Positions 61,627 through 64,000 of a stretch of DNA of 64,000 bases are shown here, piece after piece (the first letter of the stretch is position 1; each line of letters opens with the position of its first letter). Location of the stretch: NCBI GenBank assembly GCA_964016885.1, contig OZ024742.1, positions 224,688,001-224,752,000 on the forward strand, given 5' to 3'. This DNA is from Eledone cirrhosa (Eukaryota). The notes under the pieces are model-generated. The model saw only the letters and a program-made list of their open reading frames with translations. It was not told the origin of the DNA and ran no database searches. Both the position numbers and the translations under genes were made by a program.

Positions 61627-61958
61627 GTAAATATCAACGGTACCTCCATTAATGCTATCATCACCAAAACACTAGCCTCCGCCTGATTAATAGACTTCCT
61701 AGAAATAGCAATCAAATCTCCTTTAAATCAAACCCTAACTTAAATACGTAAGATCAATATACGCCAATTTATAAGATGCGAGGCGTGTAATCAGGTCAAA
61801 ACTAAAGGATACAAGTGGGGTATTTGACATAGGTATACGATTCTGAAGTGTCTAATCTATGTGCTAGATACAATGGAGAGCAATTTTGGTGAAGAATTAT
61901 CTTTTCTTATAAAACATAGTTCTTGTACATTATTCCTTTATTCTTTTATTCTCCAATG

Positions 61959-62088
<130 letters not shown>

Positions 62089-62605
62089 TCAGAGCAAACA
62101 GCACGGACACTCTATCTCAAAATTATTTTTGAAAAGAATTTAGAAATGCGCAACCGGTAAAAACTTAAAAACTTAAAACCACAACTGAATACTAACCCAT
62201 ACAATTACTAATACTCTTTTATTCTTAATTAAACCATTTTTCAACTGTGAAAAATTTGTCAGCATTTTCTATTCCGTTTACCAATATATATATATATTCA
62301 TTAATTTATTCTATCTTTGCCTTTCATCCTTACGGGGTCGATAAAATAAAGTACCAGTAATGCACTGGGTAATTGCTGGCTTTGTGCCTAAAGTAGAAAC
62401 AATTAATTTATTCTATCGTGAATAGTCTGGTAACACGTTAACATCGTTTTGTTTGTGTCCATGGTTCCTCAACCTATCGTGATTAATGATAGCTATGTGT
62501 TAGACTATGTTGCGGGTAGCGGAATATGAGAGCTTAATTGCGTGTTTATTAAATAAACTATAGCACATATGAGTCTTAAGGAAGCATTTATCTAACGCTC
62601 TAAAG

Positions 62606-62882
62606 CAGTCATGAGCAATCTGCGGCTCTGAATAGCTCGCCTAGGTCACCTAAGTAAAACCTTTCTGATTTTTTAGCCCACCTTTTCAGTCATAATTTAT
62701 CTTTCTATCATTTTTACAATCGAGGAAAACGTGTACGAATTCTGAAGAAACAAATCAAAACAACCTGAGTTACCGCCCTTTTTATTTAATGTGGGCACGA
62801 ATGTAAATTAGCGTTTGCGGCTCGCCTGATGATAAGACATATCTCATGCGGACCGCATCTCGAAAAAGGTTACCCATGCCTG
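62606..62882. mobile_element. hAT-type MITE
   Basis: Imperfect TIRs CAGTCATGAGCAA / TTACCCATGCCTG, with the 8-bp TSD CTCTAAAG. Confidence 0.8.
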
Positions 62883-63480
62883 CTCTAAAGAATAGTTTAG
62901 CTAGGCTGATCTGAAGTCACGCTGAATATGGTGATTATACTATATTATTTATTTGTGTCTAGACCTATTGTTGGCGAGTTTATGTGATGTGTTACTTGAT
63001 GTCACTGTGTTCGTGGTGTTTCCTTCACTTTCAGAATTACCGTTTCAGTAGCGTATGCCGATTTTCATTGGTGCGGTGTCGTCCCCGAGGGTATGTTATT
63101 TAGGGTGCGATTTTGTGTCCCTATATTTGAGTGCCACTTTATTTATTTCGTCCTGCTTCATGCGTTCAGGACTATTGGTGTTCGGACAGTTGTTTTTACT
63201 TGTCACGGTTCGCTCAATGAGTTTAGTTTCTGTGATTGAGTTGCCGCTCACACACTGCTCTAATTGTATTTCTATTACCGGGTTTTTTTTTGTGGATTGA
63301 TGTGTTCACCTCTAATACCTATTCTATTGAAATTTGTTCAAATCCTTTGTACTATTGGTTTGTCCACTACTCACTTGTTGTCCGTACTATATCTATCCAC
63401 CTTGAGGTTATAACTAATTTTATCTCTAAGTGCTGAGTTCCGGCCGTTTCGACAGCTATATATATATATGTTTATATACA

Positions 63481-63746
63481 TTTTTTCTTCTAACTTTGAT
63501 TTTATACCTAATTGTGTATGGTTGACGATATATGTAATCGATTTCCACGTGCTATTGAAATGCTGGGTAAATATTCTATAACTGTTGATTGCGAATAGAT
63601 GGCTGTCGTTTATTTATCTATTATTTATTCATAGGTGCCTTTTAATCTTATAGCCTGGTTTAATTGTTTTTTTGTGTGGTTGATTATGCTAATTGGGAGA
63701 GGAGATGGTGTATATATTTTATCAAATGATTCTATGGACATACTTT

Positions 63747-63752
<6 letters not shown>
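63481..63752 (+). mobile_element. Diverged family D pLTR-like fragment
   Basis: TTATGCTAATTGGGAGAGGA..TATATATTTTATC..TGATTCTAT.GACAT matches 25050-25305. Confidence 0.65.
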
Positions 63753-63793
<41 letters not shown>

Positions 63794-64000
63794 TGTGTGT
63801 GGATAAAACTAAGGCTATCATTTGCCTTATCTACAACGTAAGCAAACGTACATATACCGTATAAATCATGAATTAAATAAAAACAAGTCTTCCAAAGCCA
63901 TACCCTAGTACTCTCAGTAAAACAACAATTAACCTGCTCCAATTACTGGTATGGACAGATTTCATCAGGTTGCAGCCGATGTATTGTCTAGTTTCTATAT

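Noticed and set aside
62950-63430. Strand-skewed segment as a possible PLE ORF N-terminus
   Set aside because: No recognisable motif or sustained reading frame was found.

Overview
This is AT-rich, microsatellite-saturated eukaryotic DNA. The SINE and repeat content suggests an octopus or other cephalopod, which is an inference. No host gene can be confidently called, and almost all ORF-track entries are artefacts of (TA)n, (TACA)n, (CA)n, (AAC)n and (ACC)n tracts. Real protein-coding remnants are all retroelements: two 5'-truncated Penelope-like elements (RT plus GIY-YIG; 152-1675 and 36361-38085, minus strand), a third PLE GIY-YIG fragment (55.5-56.3 kb), and decayed CR1-like, RTE and L1/Tx1-like LINE pieces. 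tRNA-derived SINEs, hAT-type MITEs and minisatellites are also present. The main signal is non-coding: about 24 hammerhead-ribozyme (HHR) cores, read by eye, sit in short islands between (TA)n tracts. Four lie in a near-perfect 465-475-bp tandem array at 32433-34176, one intact GUC-cleaving HHR per highly self-complementary unit, a retrozyme or circRNA-like arrangement. Many others lie in fold-back (palindromic) Penelope pLTR fragments whose short arms end at family-specific positions. Several inserts are terminally redundant or circularly permuted, and three copies of a pseudoknotted, type-II-like HHR variant show compensatory changes. All RNA structures were read manually and not computed.
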